Source of the DNA: Octopus sinensis
Taxonomy: Eukaryota
Reading direction: 5' to 3'
DNA length: 64,000 nt
Assembly (NCBI RefSeq): GCF_006345805.1
Contig: NC_042998.1
Coordinates: 162,192,001-162,256,000 of the forward strand
Shown: positions 12,470 to 25,134 of the stretch, in pieces
How the letters are laid out: the number at the start of each line of letters is the position of its first letter
How positions within the stretch are numbered: the first letter of the stretch is position 1
Program-made: the position numbers and the translations under genes
The notes under the pieces: generated by a model
What the model was told of the DNA's origin: nothing
Seen by the model: the letters and a program-made list of their open reading frames with translations, nothing else
Databases searched by the model: none

Positions 12470-12470
<1 letters not shown>
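12252..12470 (-). mobile_element. R4/Dong-type LINE 3' end inserted in (TAA)n
   Basis: Minus strand reads GNSNNLHELQNISLMSTAHTLQKALSI* (stop 12377-12379), like the Dong/R4 ORF end LQKIVL.STAHILRK.LSI. (AAT)n lies on both sides. Confidence 0.75.
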
Positions 12471-12515
<45 letters not shown>

Positions 12516-12526
12516 TATCATCATCA

Positions 12527-12762
12527 AGGTGGAGAGCTGGCAGAATCATTAGCATGCTGGACAAAATGCTTAGTTGGTGCCATGTTAAAAGCACACAGTA
12601 CACTCTATAGATTGGTTGGCATTAAGAAGGGCATCCAGCTGTAGAAACCATGGCAGAACAGACAATGAAACCTGGTGTGGCCTCTGGCCTTACCAGCTCT
12701 GGTAAAAATCATCTAGCCTATGCCAGAATGGAAAACGAACCTTAAATGATGATGATGGTGAT
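12527..12762 (+). mobile_element. Chimeric SINE: family B tRNA head fused to family C body/tail
   Basis: GGTGGAGAGCTGGCAGAATCATTAGCATGCTGGACAAAATGCTTAG switches at ~12575 to GGTGCCATGTTAAAAGCAC...GAAGGGCATCCAGCTGTAGAAACC...TTAAATGATGATG. Confidence 0.75.
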
Positions 12763-12998
12763 TTGTATATATAATGTAGAAATATTGTTGTTTTAGTAAT
12801 TTTGTATAGAAAAATTATTAACTTCTAAAACTTTACACCTCATTTGAAAAAATTTTAAGTAAAATATAATTTTCTGCTCTTAGCAATAAATTTGTAGAAA
12901 AATCAAGAAACAATACACTTTCAAAGTTATAGATGTAAACTAGTAATACAGAATTTGGAATAGTACCATATTTATGTAACAATAAAAATAAAATCAAA

Positions 12999-13050
12999 TT
13001 AAACCTTTCATTAGCATATTTGAAATGCTCTGTGTTTCTTTCAATTAATT
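12999..13050 (+). mobile_element. piggyBac-like MITE family PB2, left-end fragment
   Basis: TTAAACCTTTCATTAG...GAAATGCTCTGTGTTTCTTTCAATTA matches the start of 56860-57087. Confidence 0.65.
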
Positions 13051-13087
13051 AATGCTGGTGTGTTTACATCCCCGTAACATACATATA

Positions 13088-13270
13088 TACATATACATAT
13101 ATACGATGGGCTTCTTTCAGTTTCCATCTACCAAATCCACTCACTTGGCTTTGGTCGGCTTGAGGCTATAGTAGAAGACACTTGCCCAAGGTGCCATGCA
13201 GTGGAACTGAACTCGGAACCATGTGGTTGGTAAAACAAGCTACTTACCACACAGTCACTCCTGCACCTAT
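13088..13270 (-). mobile_element. SINE family A, 5' half only
   Basis: Head and CORE-like part ending at the internal microsatellite. An opposite-orientation 3'-half scrap lies at 13052-13078. Confidence 0.85.
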
Positions 13271-13510
13271 TGATTAGATTCTGCATCTTTACATGTCTTT
13301 GTTCAAGCAAAATAGCATTGTCATGTTTACTATTCCAATGAACACTATGTCCTATAACCATATGCTTTTAAAAGCAAGTGGAACTAAAAGGAAAGACCTA
13401 CCCTTGCTTGAAAACAAGCAGGAACATATATTCTGAGTGTGCTAGGTATGCACTGCACACCCATCGAAAATGGCAAATTCATAAAAAAATATTAACTTTA
13501 CTCATTTATT

Positions 13511-13738
13511 TACTCTTACTCTTTTACTCTTTTACTTGTTTCAGTTATTTGACTGCAGTAATGCTGGAGCACCGCTTTTAGTCAAGCAAATCGACCCCAT
13601 GACTTATTCTTTGTTAGATTAGTACTTATTCTATCGGATCTCTTTTGCCAAACTGCTAAGTTATGGGGGACGTAAACAGACCAGCACTGGTTCTCAAGCG
13701 ATGTTGAGGTGGGGGGGGGCACAAACCCAGACACACAA

Positions 13739-13771
<33 letters not shown>

Positions 13772-13951
13772 CATATACATATATACAATGGGCTTCTTTC
13801 AGTTTCCGTCAACCAAATCCACTCACAAGGCTTTGGTCGGCCCGAGGCTATAGTAGAAGACACTTGCCCAAGGTGCCATGCAGTGGGACTGAACTTGGAA
13901 CAATGTGGTTGGTAAGCAAGCTACTTACCACACAGCCACTCCTGTGCCTAT
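13511..13951 (-). mobile_element. SINE family A
   Basis: Full-length reverse copy. Confidence 0.9.
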
Positions 13952-15280
13952 TAATAACAAATCTTTATGGAAAACTTTTGTTATATCCCTGCTTGAAATT
14001 TGGTGGGATTGGGTGTGGCAGCACATCCAATACAGCAACCATCACCTGCCACTGGTATCTAGTCTTAAAATACTATCTCTGTAAGTTTTCCTCCATCTTA
14101 TGCCAGCATGGGAAAATAGATGTGAGATGAACATCAACAAAGCAATTATTGCAGGTATAAGACAAATCTGTATTTTCAATCTTATGCAGCATTATAGAGG
14201 GTAAATACAGAAGGTCAGACTATTTATTGCGGTATATCTGTTGTCTTGTGTGAAGACTGTATCATGCATCAAAGACAGAAATCATAGATTTAATGGGGGA
14301 GCTTCGTAACTAAAAATCCATTGTTATGCTAGAAGAAAGCTCACATGACAGCAACAACAATAATAATGCTGCACCCACCACCACCACCAGTAACAACAGC
14401 AATAGCAAAAACAAAAACAATTGCTTTAAAATATTTCTCATTGCATTTTAATCTTTCAACCAGTGACAAGCTAAATACTGCCGCTTCATTGTTGTTAAAA
14501 TCACAAACATCAAAAGAGCACAAGGAAACAAATATTTTGTGAGACTATCAAAATTCAAATTCTACTTTCACACCAACTGAGAATTCATCAAAAATATGAC
14601 ATTTACAGTGCTGGTAGCTTACTATAAAATCCTGTATTGGTCTTTAAGGCATATGACTTTTGTTACATATTGGCAGCAGAAGGAAACTCACAGTGCAATT
14701 GTTGGTGGTTGGTTGCATCAAATTTTCAGTTTCTCTCTCTGATAAATTACATCTCCCTTTTCCTCTTTCTTGTTCTTAGTTCTTTCTATTTCATTCTCAC
14801 ATTCACCATTTTATTTCTCTCTTTCTCTCTCCCTCTCTTGCTCTCCCTTTCTTTACCTCCCCCCCCTCTCTCTCTCTCTCTCTCTCTTATTTCTTTTTAA
14901 AATTTTTCTTTGATTCTTTCAATCTCATCTACTTTTATCTCGGCTCATCCATTTTTCTTTTACCTTTTTAATGGTATGTGTTCCTGCATTTGTATGTGTA
15001 TGAATATTATTGTATGTATCACATATTGCTTTTCTGTCTGTCTGTCTGTCTGTTTCTCATGATTTTTTCCTTCTTTCAATCAGTTTATCATCATCATCAT
15101 CATCCCTTCCACCAACTTAATATTTCCCCCCTTCTTTTTTATCTTCTTCCTCCTCCTCCTCCTTCTCCTTCATTCTCCTTTCTGTCCCACCTCACTCCAA
15201 CAATTACTCAGGACTTTGTGACAGCAGACATTAAGTCTCCATCATTGCTGAATATATTTCAATGATATTAATGAAAAATT

Positions 15281-15545
<265 letters not shown>

Positions 15546-15859
15546 TTTTTTCCCTTCCTTGCTATCAGGAATGATGCTGTTAGCATTTCTGTAGATGTTG
15601 TTGTGTTTTATCTACTGCTGTTAAAACCATTGTTGTTGCTGTTGATGATGATGTTGATATCATATTAATTTGCTGTCATTGCTATTGTCATAGCTCTCTG
15701 TGTCTATCACCCTTTTCACTTTGTTATTGACACTGCTGCTGTTAAAATCCTTTTCTATTATTGATATTTATAATTATTATTATCATTATTATTATTATTA
15801 TCATCATCATGAGTGGCAATGATGATAGTAATGATAATTATTTATTTCTTTATATATAT

Positions 15860-16260
15860 TCTTTTATTCTTTCATTTGTTTCAGTCATTTGACTGCGGCC
15901 ATGCTGGAGCACCACGAATCGACCCCAGGACTTATTCTTTGTAAGCCTACTACTTATTCTATCAGTCTCTTTTGCCAAACCGCTAAGTTACGGGGATGTA
16001 GACACGCCAGCATTAGTTGTCAAGCATTGGTGGGGGTACAAACACAGACACACAAACACACACACATACATACATATATGTGTGTATATATATGTATACA
16101 CACACACACATACAACGAGCTTTATTCAGTTTCCATCTACACCAAATTGGCCTGAGGCTATAGTAGAAGACACTTGCCCATGGCACCATGCAGTGGGACT
16201 GAACCTGGAACTATGTGGTTGGTAAGCAAGCTACTTACCACACACCCACACCTGTGCCTA
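15860..16260 (-). mobile_element. SINE family A
   Basis: Full-length reverse copy with a small internal deletion. Confidence 0.9.
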
Positions 16261-16728
16261 TATATATATATACATGATAGATATAGGAAGGAACATCATC
16301 ATCATCATCATACCAATTATTACTGTTGTTAATAATACCAATAGTGGTGTCATTGCTGTTCACTTTAGAGTTGTCCTGAACATAATATTGACATTGTTTT
16401 CATTACTACTACCGCTGCTGTAATTGTTGTTGTTGTTGTTGGTGGTATTGTTGTTGTTACAGAACAAAAGAATTCTAATGAAAGAATGTTCTTTTGAAGG
16501 GGTTCTTTTTTACTGCATAAATCTATCTGACAGACTTTGCCAGTCAGTCAGTTTCCACCTACATCTTCTTTCTTTCACTGACTTGTTCATATACAAATGC
16601 ACATGCATGTGAGCATGTGTGCATCTGCTCATGTGCTATATGCTCATATTTGAAAATGCATTTGAATGTTTGTTTCTATAGTGGTATATTCAGCTCAAAG
16701 CATACAGTTCTACATGTGTTGGTGAATG

Positions 16729-16968
16729 TTCTTTTATTCTTGTTTCATTCATTTCACTGTGGCCTTGCTGGAGCGCTACCTTGAAGAGGTTTAGTCAAAC
16801 AAATCGACACCAGGACTTATTTTTTAAGCCTAGGACATATCCATGAGTCTCTTTTGATGATCTGTTAGTTTAGGGGACATAAACACATCAATACCGGTTG
16901 TCAAGCAGTGAAGAGGGAACAAACATAGATGCAAAGACTCACACATAGATACTTACATATATACATAC

Positions 16969-17028
<60 letters not shown>

Positions 17029-17177
17029 GGTGGGCTTCTTTGAGTTTCCATCTATCAAATCCACTCACAAGGCTTTGGTCAACCAGAGTCTATAGCAGAA
17101 GGTGCCATGCAGTGGGACTGAACCCAGAACCCTGTGGTTGAGAAGAGTAAGCTTCTTACAATACGGTCACACCTGTA
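16729..17177 (-). mobile_element. SINE family A (variant)
   Basis: Reverse copy, head-to-head with 17218-17625. Confidence 0.85.
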
Positions 17178-17217
17178 TACATACATACATACATATATAT
17201 AGATATACATAGTTATA

Positions 17218-17625
17218 TAGGTGCAGGCATGACTGTGTCGTAAGAAGCTTGCTTCTCATCCACATGGTTCTGGGTTCAATCTCACTGCATGGCACCTTCA
17301 ACAAGTGTTTTCTACTATAGCCTTGGGCTGACCAAGTGAGTGGATTTGGTAGATGGAAACTGAAAGAAGACTGTCGTATATCTGTATATATATATGTGTG
17401 CGTGTGTGTGTGAGTGTGTATTTATGTGTATGTCCTTGTGTCTGTCTTTGCCCCCCCCCCCCATCACCACTTGACAACCAGTGTTGGTGTGTTTACATCC
17501 CCATAACTTAGGAGCTCAGCAAAAAGACCAATAAAATAAGTAGCAGGCTTAAAAAGTGAGTCCTGGGGCGGATTTGTTTGACTGAAACTCTTCAAAGTGG
17601 TGCTCCAGTCAAATGAGTAAAAGAA
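17218..17625 (+). mobile_element. SINE family A (variant)
   Basis: TAGGTGCAGGCATGACTGTGTCGTAAG head through GAGTAAAAGAA tail. Confidence 0.85.
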
Positions 17626-17635
17626 TATATATATC

Positions 17636-17681
<46 letters not shown>

Positions 17682-18418
17682 TATGTATAACCACCAGGTG
17701 TAGGTGTTTTATCCAGTATTTCCTGGAAGAATTTGTCCAGGATATATATACATAAATATATATATTTACTTTTTACCAACGATGTCCTGAAAACCTACTG
17801 ATTCACATTTTTGCAATCCAGAGCATCTCATGCTTCTGATTTTCACATCACAGAACATTGGCGCTCATCTTATTTTCTGCACCTTTCTTACCTAAGTATA
17901 CATGATATCTAGCATCCCTGGTTTTGTTCCTTGATCTTTCTTCTCTTCCGTTCTTTATAAGCCTATCTATTAGATTTTATGCCCAGTTTTATTCCACTAC
18001 ATTGTTATGTTCCATGTAGCTGAAATCTTGCTCCATCAACATACCTGATCTGTGGCTTGTGGTTGTTTGACACACAGAAACTCCCAGTTGTTTTCTATAT
18101 CATATGTTTTTGTTTTCCTTCTTCACTTATGCATGCACAGGCTGGTATTTCTTTGAGCTTACAACTGGCCCAAAGTTACATCTTCCTGTACCATATTGTC
18201 TTATGTATTTTGATCCATCAAGCTCTTACTCTGATGTCTCTAATCACCAGAGTAGTGCATTGTTCACAAGGAAAATATTTAGAATTCATCATCATCACTA
18301 TCTCTTCTTTTTTTTTTTTTTGTTTTGGTGATTATGAAGTCAATTTGGCTTGTGTGTTTTTCTGAGTGGTAGAGGATCAGGTAACTGGTTAATTTCCTGA
18401 AGTTAGTGTTTCAACTGT

Positions 18419-18459
<41 letters not shown>

Positions 18460-21400
18460 ATATATATATATGTATGTATGTATTTACGTATTTATGTATG
18501 TAGTCCTCTAATAGCAGCTAACCAGTGACCCTTAATAAAGAGTCATCATAGGTATGTTGTTCAAGCTTAACAACTAATTAGAAAATGATGTAAACTTTTA
18601 CATGGCTTATTATTTTAAGATAAACAGAATTGAATATAACTTCAAACAAACAATTCTAAGAAATAAAAAATCTGTAAAATTATTTTTTTTTTAAAGATTG
18701 TTTCTAACTTTTACTAAGATGGCATCTGTTCAGAAGAAATTTGATATATTATTCTTGACATTTCGTTTATTTGTTGGTTTTTGTTGTTGTTGTTCTTCAT
18801 GTGGGGAGACTGCTTGAGTGTTTAATTTTGTTTTTCCAGTTTTGAATTTAAAACAAAAATAAATAAGTTCATGAGACAGACTGAAATAATGTCTTTCTTT
18901 CCAGTATTTTCAGTACAACTATTTATTTATTCACTGTTTGCTACAATAGCTGAGCTGTTTAGAAAGTGAAGAAAGAAAAATAAGATGTTTAAATGTTTTT
19001 TTTCTTTTTTATAGTTTTTTTAAGAGAAAAGGCAAACCAAATTTGAGTCATTGAAGAAAAGACACATTAAATTTGTACAAAATATAAAAATCACTGTATA
19101 ATCTGAAATTTAAGTTTCCCTACTCCTTTTTCTGATTCTCCATTAGGAAAGCTACTGATTTAAGGTTAAAGAAAAACTAGTATAAAATATACCTTAAATC
19201 AGCACTTTATTTTATATTAAGGGTGAACCCTTTATTACTTGAGTGATCAGGTAATTGTGGTTATTGAAATATACCTTTGTATACCTGCATCAATATATAG
19301 ATCTGAAAATATTAGCATTAATTTCCCTTGTTGTTATAGTGATTATTAATTTAAAAAAAAGTTAAATGGTTCCAGCATTTCATACAAATAACTGAATATA
19401 TTTTGAAAATATATATTTAAATGTCAACGTTAGGAAACCAAGAACAAAAAGCAGTGTGTGATAATCCTTCTTTACAATGCTAATAGCCATTAAGCTGTTT
19501 AGAAAATAATAGCTGATTTCAAACTTCAACTCTACTAATCAATAAATTTATGCATGTGTAACATTATCTGTGAAGATAGAAACCATAGGATTGTGAACAC
19601 TTTTGTTGATTAAAATAAAAATGATTATTTATGTTAATAAGAAAATAAACTCCAAAACCTTGAAGTGCTGCATTCAAAAAAGTTTCTGTGAATGAATTCA
19701 GTGCATTTATTTTGTTACTATATTTTCTTGTTTTAATATATATAAATTCTTAAAAACAGGATTCAGGGAATCATTAGTTTGTGCAGTGTGGTGGAGAGTT
19801 CCATAATGTCAGTGAACTTATGAAGCATCATTTGCACATTTTATGACATAATATTAAATTGGAGAGATTTCTGATAGCTTAGGTGCAAGAGAAAGCATCG
19901 ATAATTGTTTTCAGGGCTTCCATATGACTGGTGGGAGAAAGATAAGGGATGAAGTTTTCCTCCCATCAGAGACCTGGCCTGACTGCTTACAACTGAGTAG
20001 GATCCACCAAAATGCCTTGCAATCTTGACTGAACTCAAAACCATATGATTGTAAAGCAAACTGGTTAACCATACGTCCATGTGTTCACCTATAAATTGCT
20101 TGTTGTGTAATTTTGCTTGAATTTCATTCCAGTTCTTGTGTGCAAGAAACCTGTTGTGTATCATAGGAGTTGCACAGCTTATAATTTTCTGTTGGTGAAT
20201 AATTGCCTGAAAGTCTCTTTATAGCCAAGTCATTGTGTAGATATTTTTCAATAATTGCAAATGGTTTGCTGTTCTCTACAGAGCCTGATTAAAACAAAAA
20301 TTAGTTCATTTCTGTTACACAAAAGCAGCATAGTGCAACCTTTGAAATGGCAATTTTCTATTAATTTGTTACCATATTTGGCAATTTTCCTCACTTTCTC
20401 CATTTGTTATAAATGATCAGAACTTGTTGAAATGCCAACTCCTAATATTCACATCATCATTTTGTCAGTTTAGCAAGAGGTTTCTTCCAATAACCTCTCT
20501 AGATGATCACTTACCCAGAAAAAAAAACAAAAACACATCCTACATCCACTTTTTCTTTTGCAGACTTTTTTTTTTTTATTAAAACACAGTGCACTCAGAC
20601 ATGAAGGATCAAAGTTGCAGGCTTCCTAATTGACAATGTGGTAAGGTATAAACAATCACAAAATTACTTGTAACAGTTTGAATTCATGTTGATGGTTAAC
20701 AGGATTAACCTATTCATTTCAACTTCTAATTTGAAGGTTGTTTTTTTGTTTTTTGTTATCAAAAGTTGCTTTAAAAACAGAAAAGAAAAGTTTTAACTAC
20801 AATAAACAAATCAGCAAAAATAAAAAAAAAAGAAGTTTTAAGTTTCTGCATAGGATAAAAATGTTGACCATTATGTCCTAAATTAATAATACTCAGTTAA
20901 AATATGTGTTTACGAAGTCGATGTTTAGTAACACAGAATAACTTCTAACTAATGCAATACCGAGAAGTGTTGAAAAAAACTTTATGTAGAATTAGATTTG
21001 GAGTCTTACATCATCATGTGTTTTACTCTACTCTATGAAAAAGATTAAATGATAGACAAAGAATACAAAAACCATTATAAATCCTTATTACTTAAATCCT
21101 TCAACTCAGCACTGTAGTACATCTTGTTCATGTTCTAAGAATAGGAAATAATTCCACTAAGTTCAAATGCTTAGTGAAATTATTTAAATACTTGAGAATC
21201 TACACATATGAAAACTGAATTTCCATCAGACTGTGTAGAATAAACCTGACCATCAGTGACCAAATTTCATTCGTCAGAAAGACAATATCCTGCAACATTG
21301 TTGTGGGAAATGAACCTCAGACCATAGTGGGATATGTTGATCATGCTGGCCGTCTAACTGCATCCTCTGTCAACCTCTCTTTATTTTGACCAGTCTTGCC

Positions 21401-21510
21401 ACTGATCCAGAAGTCATTGATAGAAGTGTGCTACTTTCATTCAGTGCGGTTTTGCCTCACTAAGCTCCAACTCCAGTACAAATCCTGACTTGATCTTTTT
21501 CAAACTACTT

Positions 21511-21852
21511 CATCATCATCATTTAACGTCCAATTTCCATGCTGGTATGGGTTGGACAGTTTGACTGAAAACTGGTAAGTGGCACCAGGTTCCGATCTGA
21601 TGTGGCATGGTTTCTATGCCTGGATTCCCTTCCTAACGTCAACCATTCCAAGAATGTAGTGGGTGCTTCTTACATGCCACCAGCATGGATGCCAGTTATG
21701 TAACCAGCATCAGCCACAACTAGGATCTAACTTGGCTTGCCAGATCTTCTCAAGCACAGTATATATTCCCAAAGTTCTCAGACATTTAGCACTGCCACCA
21801 TGAGGCCCAACGTTTGAAGGGTGCTTTTTATATGCCACTGGCACAAGTGCCA
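21511..21852 (-). mobile_element. SINE family C
   Basis: CATCATCATCATTTAACGTCC-TTTCCATGCTGG...CTGGATTCCCTTCCTAACG on + strand. Confidence 0.85.
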
Positions 21853-23149
21853 TTTAGGCTTCAGCAACAAAATATTTCATTGTAACAGTCTGGGTATCAC
21901 ACATATCTGTAAAAATGTAATAACATCACTTCCATAGTTTCATTATATGGAACGTGTAGCACAAGCAGGAGCAGTCACTAACCTCCAGTTGTCTTATGCA
22001 ACTGCATCCACTGTTGTTCCATTGGTTATCTTCAAAAACAAATAGCAAACAATACAAAACACCTGAATAATGTTATATTTAGATGGAAATTAAATAAAAT
22101 CGAAGCAAAATTTGCTGTAAACATTTCCACTTGGTTTGATTATTCATCGGAGTGGGCTTTCACACTTCATGATGGGACTATAAATGAAAGCAGTTGTCTT
22201 TTTACATTGACTACATGCATTTTAAAAGTACATAAAAGACATTAAATGATGTAGATTGAACTGTAAGAAACAGAGGAGCAGCAGGTTCAAATTTTACTTG
22301 AGACATGTATTTTTGTGTATATTTCCCACCTTTCTTTTTTGTATTGTACTAAAGTCTAAAATCATCGCAATTGAATGTAGGCCTGTCATGTATTTTGTAT
22401 AGCTCATCCCTTTGGTTGTAATCAGTCACCAAATAAAGTTAAAGTTTTATCATAATGAAGGTATAAAAGAAAACATGGTATAGAACTTCATAGAAACTAT
22501 TGATACAGGTTTACCTATTTGCTAAAATGTTAGAAAAACACTATAGTGCAGTCATAGAAACTACAAAATAAGCACTCTCTTCCAATGAATTCTACAATGA
22601 TCTAAAGAACAAAAAGCAAAAACAAAAAAGAAAATAGTTTTTATTTTCTTCATTTCTTTTTAAAATTTTTCTTCAGAGTTTCAAGTTTGATAACAAGTGA
22701 TTTCTATTTTTATTTTTTTATTTTTGATTTCCATTAGTTGGAAAAGAAATAAAAATAAAATTGTAACATAGCAAAAGATGATCTCTTGTTACCAGACACA
22801 TGTTTTGGAGAGAAAAATAAAAAAAAAGTACAGTTGTGTGATTTGATTGGAATTTCACCTTTGTCTGATCAGGTTTAGCACTATGATAGAAGACATGGAT
22901 GAATTCCAACTTGTATATATGCTTTGTCTGCTAGTCTCTTGTTTCGGTGACATGGTTTAATGTCCGTCAACCAACATCAAACATTCTCCCCTCTCCCTTT
23001 TTGTTTTTTTTTGGTTTTCTTTAATTTTCTTTTTCTTTTGTAACATCAAATGCTGTTGTTACACACACATTTTAATGGGATACATGGCAAGAGAATCAGA
23101 GAGAAATAGAAAAATAGAAAATAACTGATAAATAGATGGATAGCTAGAG

Positions 23150-23192
<43 letters not shown>

Positions 23193-23740
23193 CATACACA
23201 CACTCATACATACATACATATACGTAGAGAAAGCAAGAGAAAGAGAAGAAAAATGTGAAATCAGATAAAAATAAGAACCTCTCCAAATAAATAAAAAGAA
23301 TAAGAAAAATAACAAGCAACTGAAATAAAATTACAAGAAAGAGGGATAAATACAGTTTCGTATTATATAAAGTGGAGTAAAATTTGACATAGAATCTCGA
23401 CTAGATATGGATTATTATCTCACACATAGTTATGTCTCTTCATACATAAAGAGGAAGAAAAACAACACTGAGGAAAACAAAAAGAAAAACGAAAATATAT
23501 AATAAAACTAAGCAAAAAAAAAGAAGAAAACATTACAAAACGGAGTTCAATAAATCCATTCAAGTCGAAAATGTGCGTTAATGTGTATGTCATTATTCGC
23601 AGTATGGGTATTTATGCTTGTTTGTGTGTCTGTCATGTGTGTTTATTGATTAGAAGCCAAGAAGCAAAGACTAAAGCTCTGCTGCATTATAAAAGTAACA
23701 CCTTAAGAATGTATGTCAAGACTTTCGACTGATTACTTAC

Positions 23741-23802
23741 TTGTGTTTCTCAATGAGTTGGGGGGGGGGGGTAGGATGGTGCTGTGGTGGACAAATCGGT
23801 AG
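23741..23802 (-). other. Candidate 62-nt exon on the minus strand
   Basis: Minus-strand acceptor TCATTTCATTCTCCAG and donor CAA|GTAAGT. A 12-C homopolymer makes the length and phase uncertain. Two of three frames are open. Confidence 0.3.
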
Positions 23803-23846
23803 CTGGAGAATGAAATGATTTAAGACGCTTTTTTTTTGTTTTTCAG

Positions 23847-23879
23847 GAAGTCAGTTTGTGGATTCAAGGACCCTTTATA
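23847..23879 (+). CDS. Candidate 33-nt micro-exon
   Basis: Strong acceptor (T-rich tract ending GTTTTTCAG) but weak donor ATA|GTAAAC. Phase 1-1 frame reads GSQFVDSRTLY. Confidence 0.3.
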
Positions 23880-23921
23880 GTAAACAAAACTAGGAGAGAT
23901 CAAATGTCAACTGCTAGACTG

Positions 23922-24346
23922 ATCATCATCATTTAACGTCTGTCTTCCATGCTGGCATGGGTTGGACGGTTTGACTGAGGACTGGCAAGCTGGGAGCCTG
24001 CACCAGGATCCAATCTGATTTGGCAAGATTTCTACGGCTGGATGCCCTTCCTAACACCAACCACTCCAAGAGTGTAGTGAGTGCTTTTTATGTACCACTG
24101 GCACAGGAGCCAGTCAAATAGCACTGGGATTGACCACAGTTAAATGGTGCTTATTATGTGCCACCAGCAAGAGTGCCAGCCAGGCAGCACTGGCATTGGG
24201 CATGCATGAATGGTGCTTTTTATGCGCCACCAGCACAGGTATCAGTCAGGTGGCACTGGCATCAGCTACACTCGAATCGTGCTTTTTACATACCATTGGT
24301 ATGGGTGCCAGTCAGGTAGCACTGGCATTGGCCATGCTTGAATGGT
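23922..24346 (-). mobile_element. SINE family C with 4 x 66-bp internal tandem array
   Basis: Typical tail at 23922-24080. Units start at 24081, 24147, 24213 and 24279 (GTGCTT(T/A)TTA...GCACTGGC...AAT(G/C)). Confidence 0.9.
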
Positions 24347-24374
24347 ACACAAGAAAAAAAAATTCTTTTAGCAT

Positions 24375-24788
24375 TCTTTCTTTTATTTTTTACTTGTTTT
24401 AATCATTTGACTGTGGCCATGCGGGAACACTGCCTTGAAGGGTCTTATTAGTTGAACAAGTCAACCCAGGATGCTTTTTAAAGCCTAGTACTTATTCTAT
24501 TGGTCGCTTTTGCTGAACTGCTAAGTTACAGGTATGTAAACACACCAATATCAGTTGTCAAGCAGTGATGGGGGACACAAGCACACACATACATATATAT
24601 ATATATGTATATACGCACACACACGACAGGCTTCTTTCAGCTTCTGTCTACAAAATCAACTCAAAGGCATTGGTTGGCCTCAGGCTATAGCAGGAGACAC
24701 TTGCCCAAGGTGCCATACAGCAGGACTGAACCTGAAACCATGTATTTGGGAAGCAAGCTTCTTACCACACAGCCATGCCTGTGCCTAT
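24375..24788 (-). mobile_element. SINE family A
   Basis: Full-length reverse copy. Confidence 0.85.
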
Positions 24789-25134
24789 GTTTGCCTTATA
24801 ATTTTTTTTTAGTGGCAGAGATTATTCTTAGCTATGAAATTTTATAGTGGGATAGATTATAAAGTATGAATTTTAATCACTTCTTTTTCATTCTGTTGTT
24901 CTGTCACTGGTTTTGGTTACTGGACTGTGGCCATGGTGGAGTACCGATCTTGAAGAAATTTTGTTTTTGTTGTTTCTTTTAGGCAACTTTATCAATCTCA
25001 TTACTTTTTTTGTTGGGCTTTCAAATGTTCCTCCTAATCCCCTGCCTATTGCATAGGATTGTAATGAAAGGTTATCTGAAAGTATGAGATGTAGCCATCA
25101 TGATAGGCAATTTTACTGTGATATTTTTTCTGAG

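Noticed and set aside
14105-14156. Apparent 48-nt exon
   Set aside because: Its start is a SINE family C tail remnant, and the donor is weak.
24081-24344. Regular 66-bp repeats as a CRISPR array or repeat-protein gene
   Set aside because: The units are contiguous with no unique spacers, there are no cas genes, and the array lies inside a SINE.
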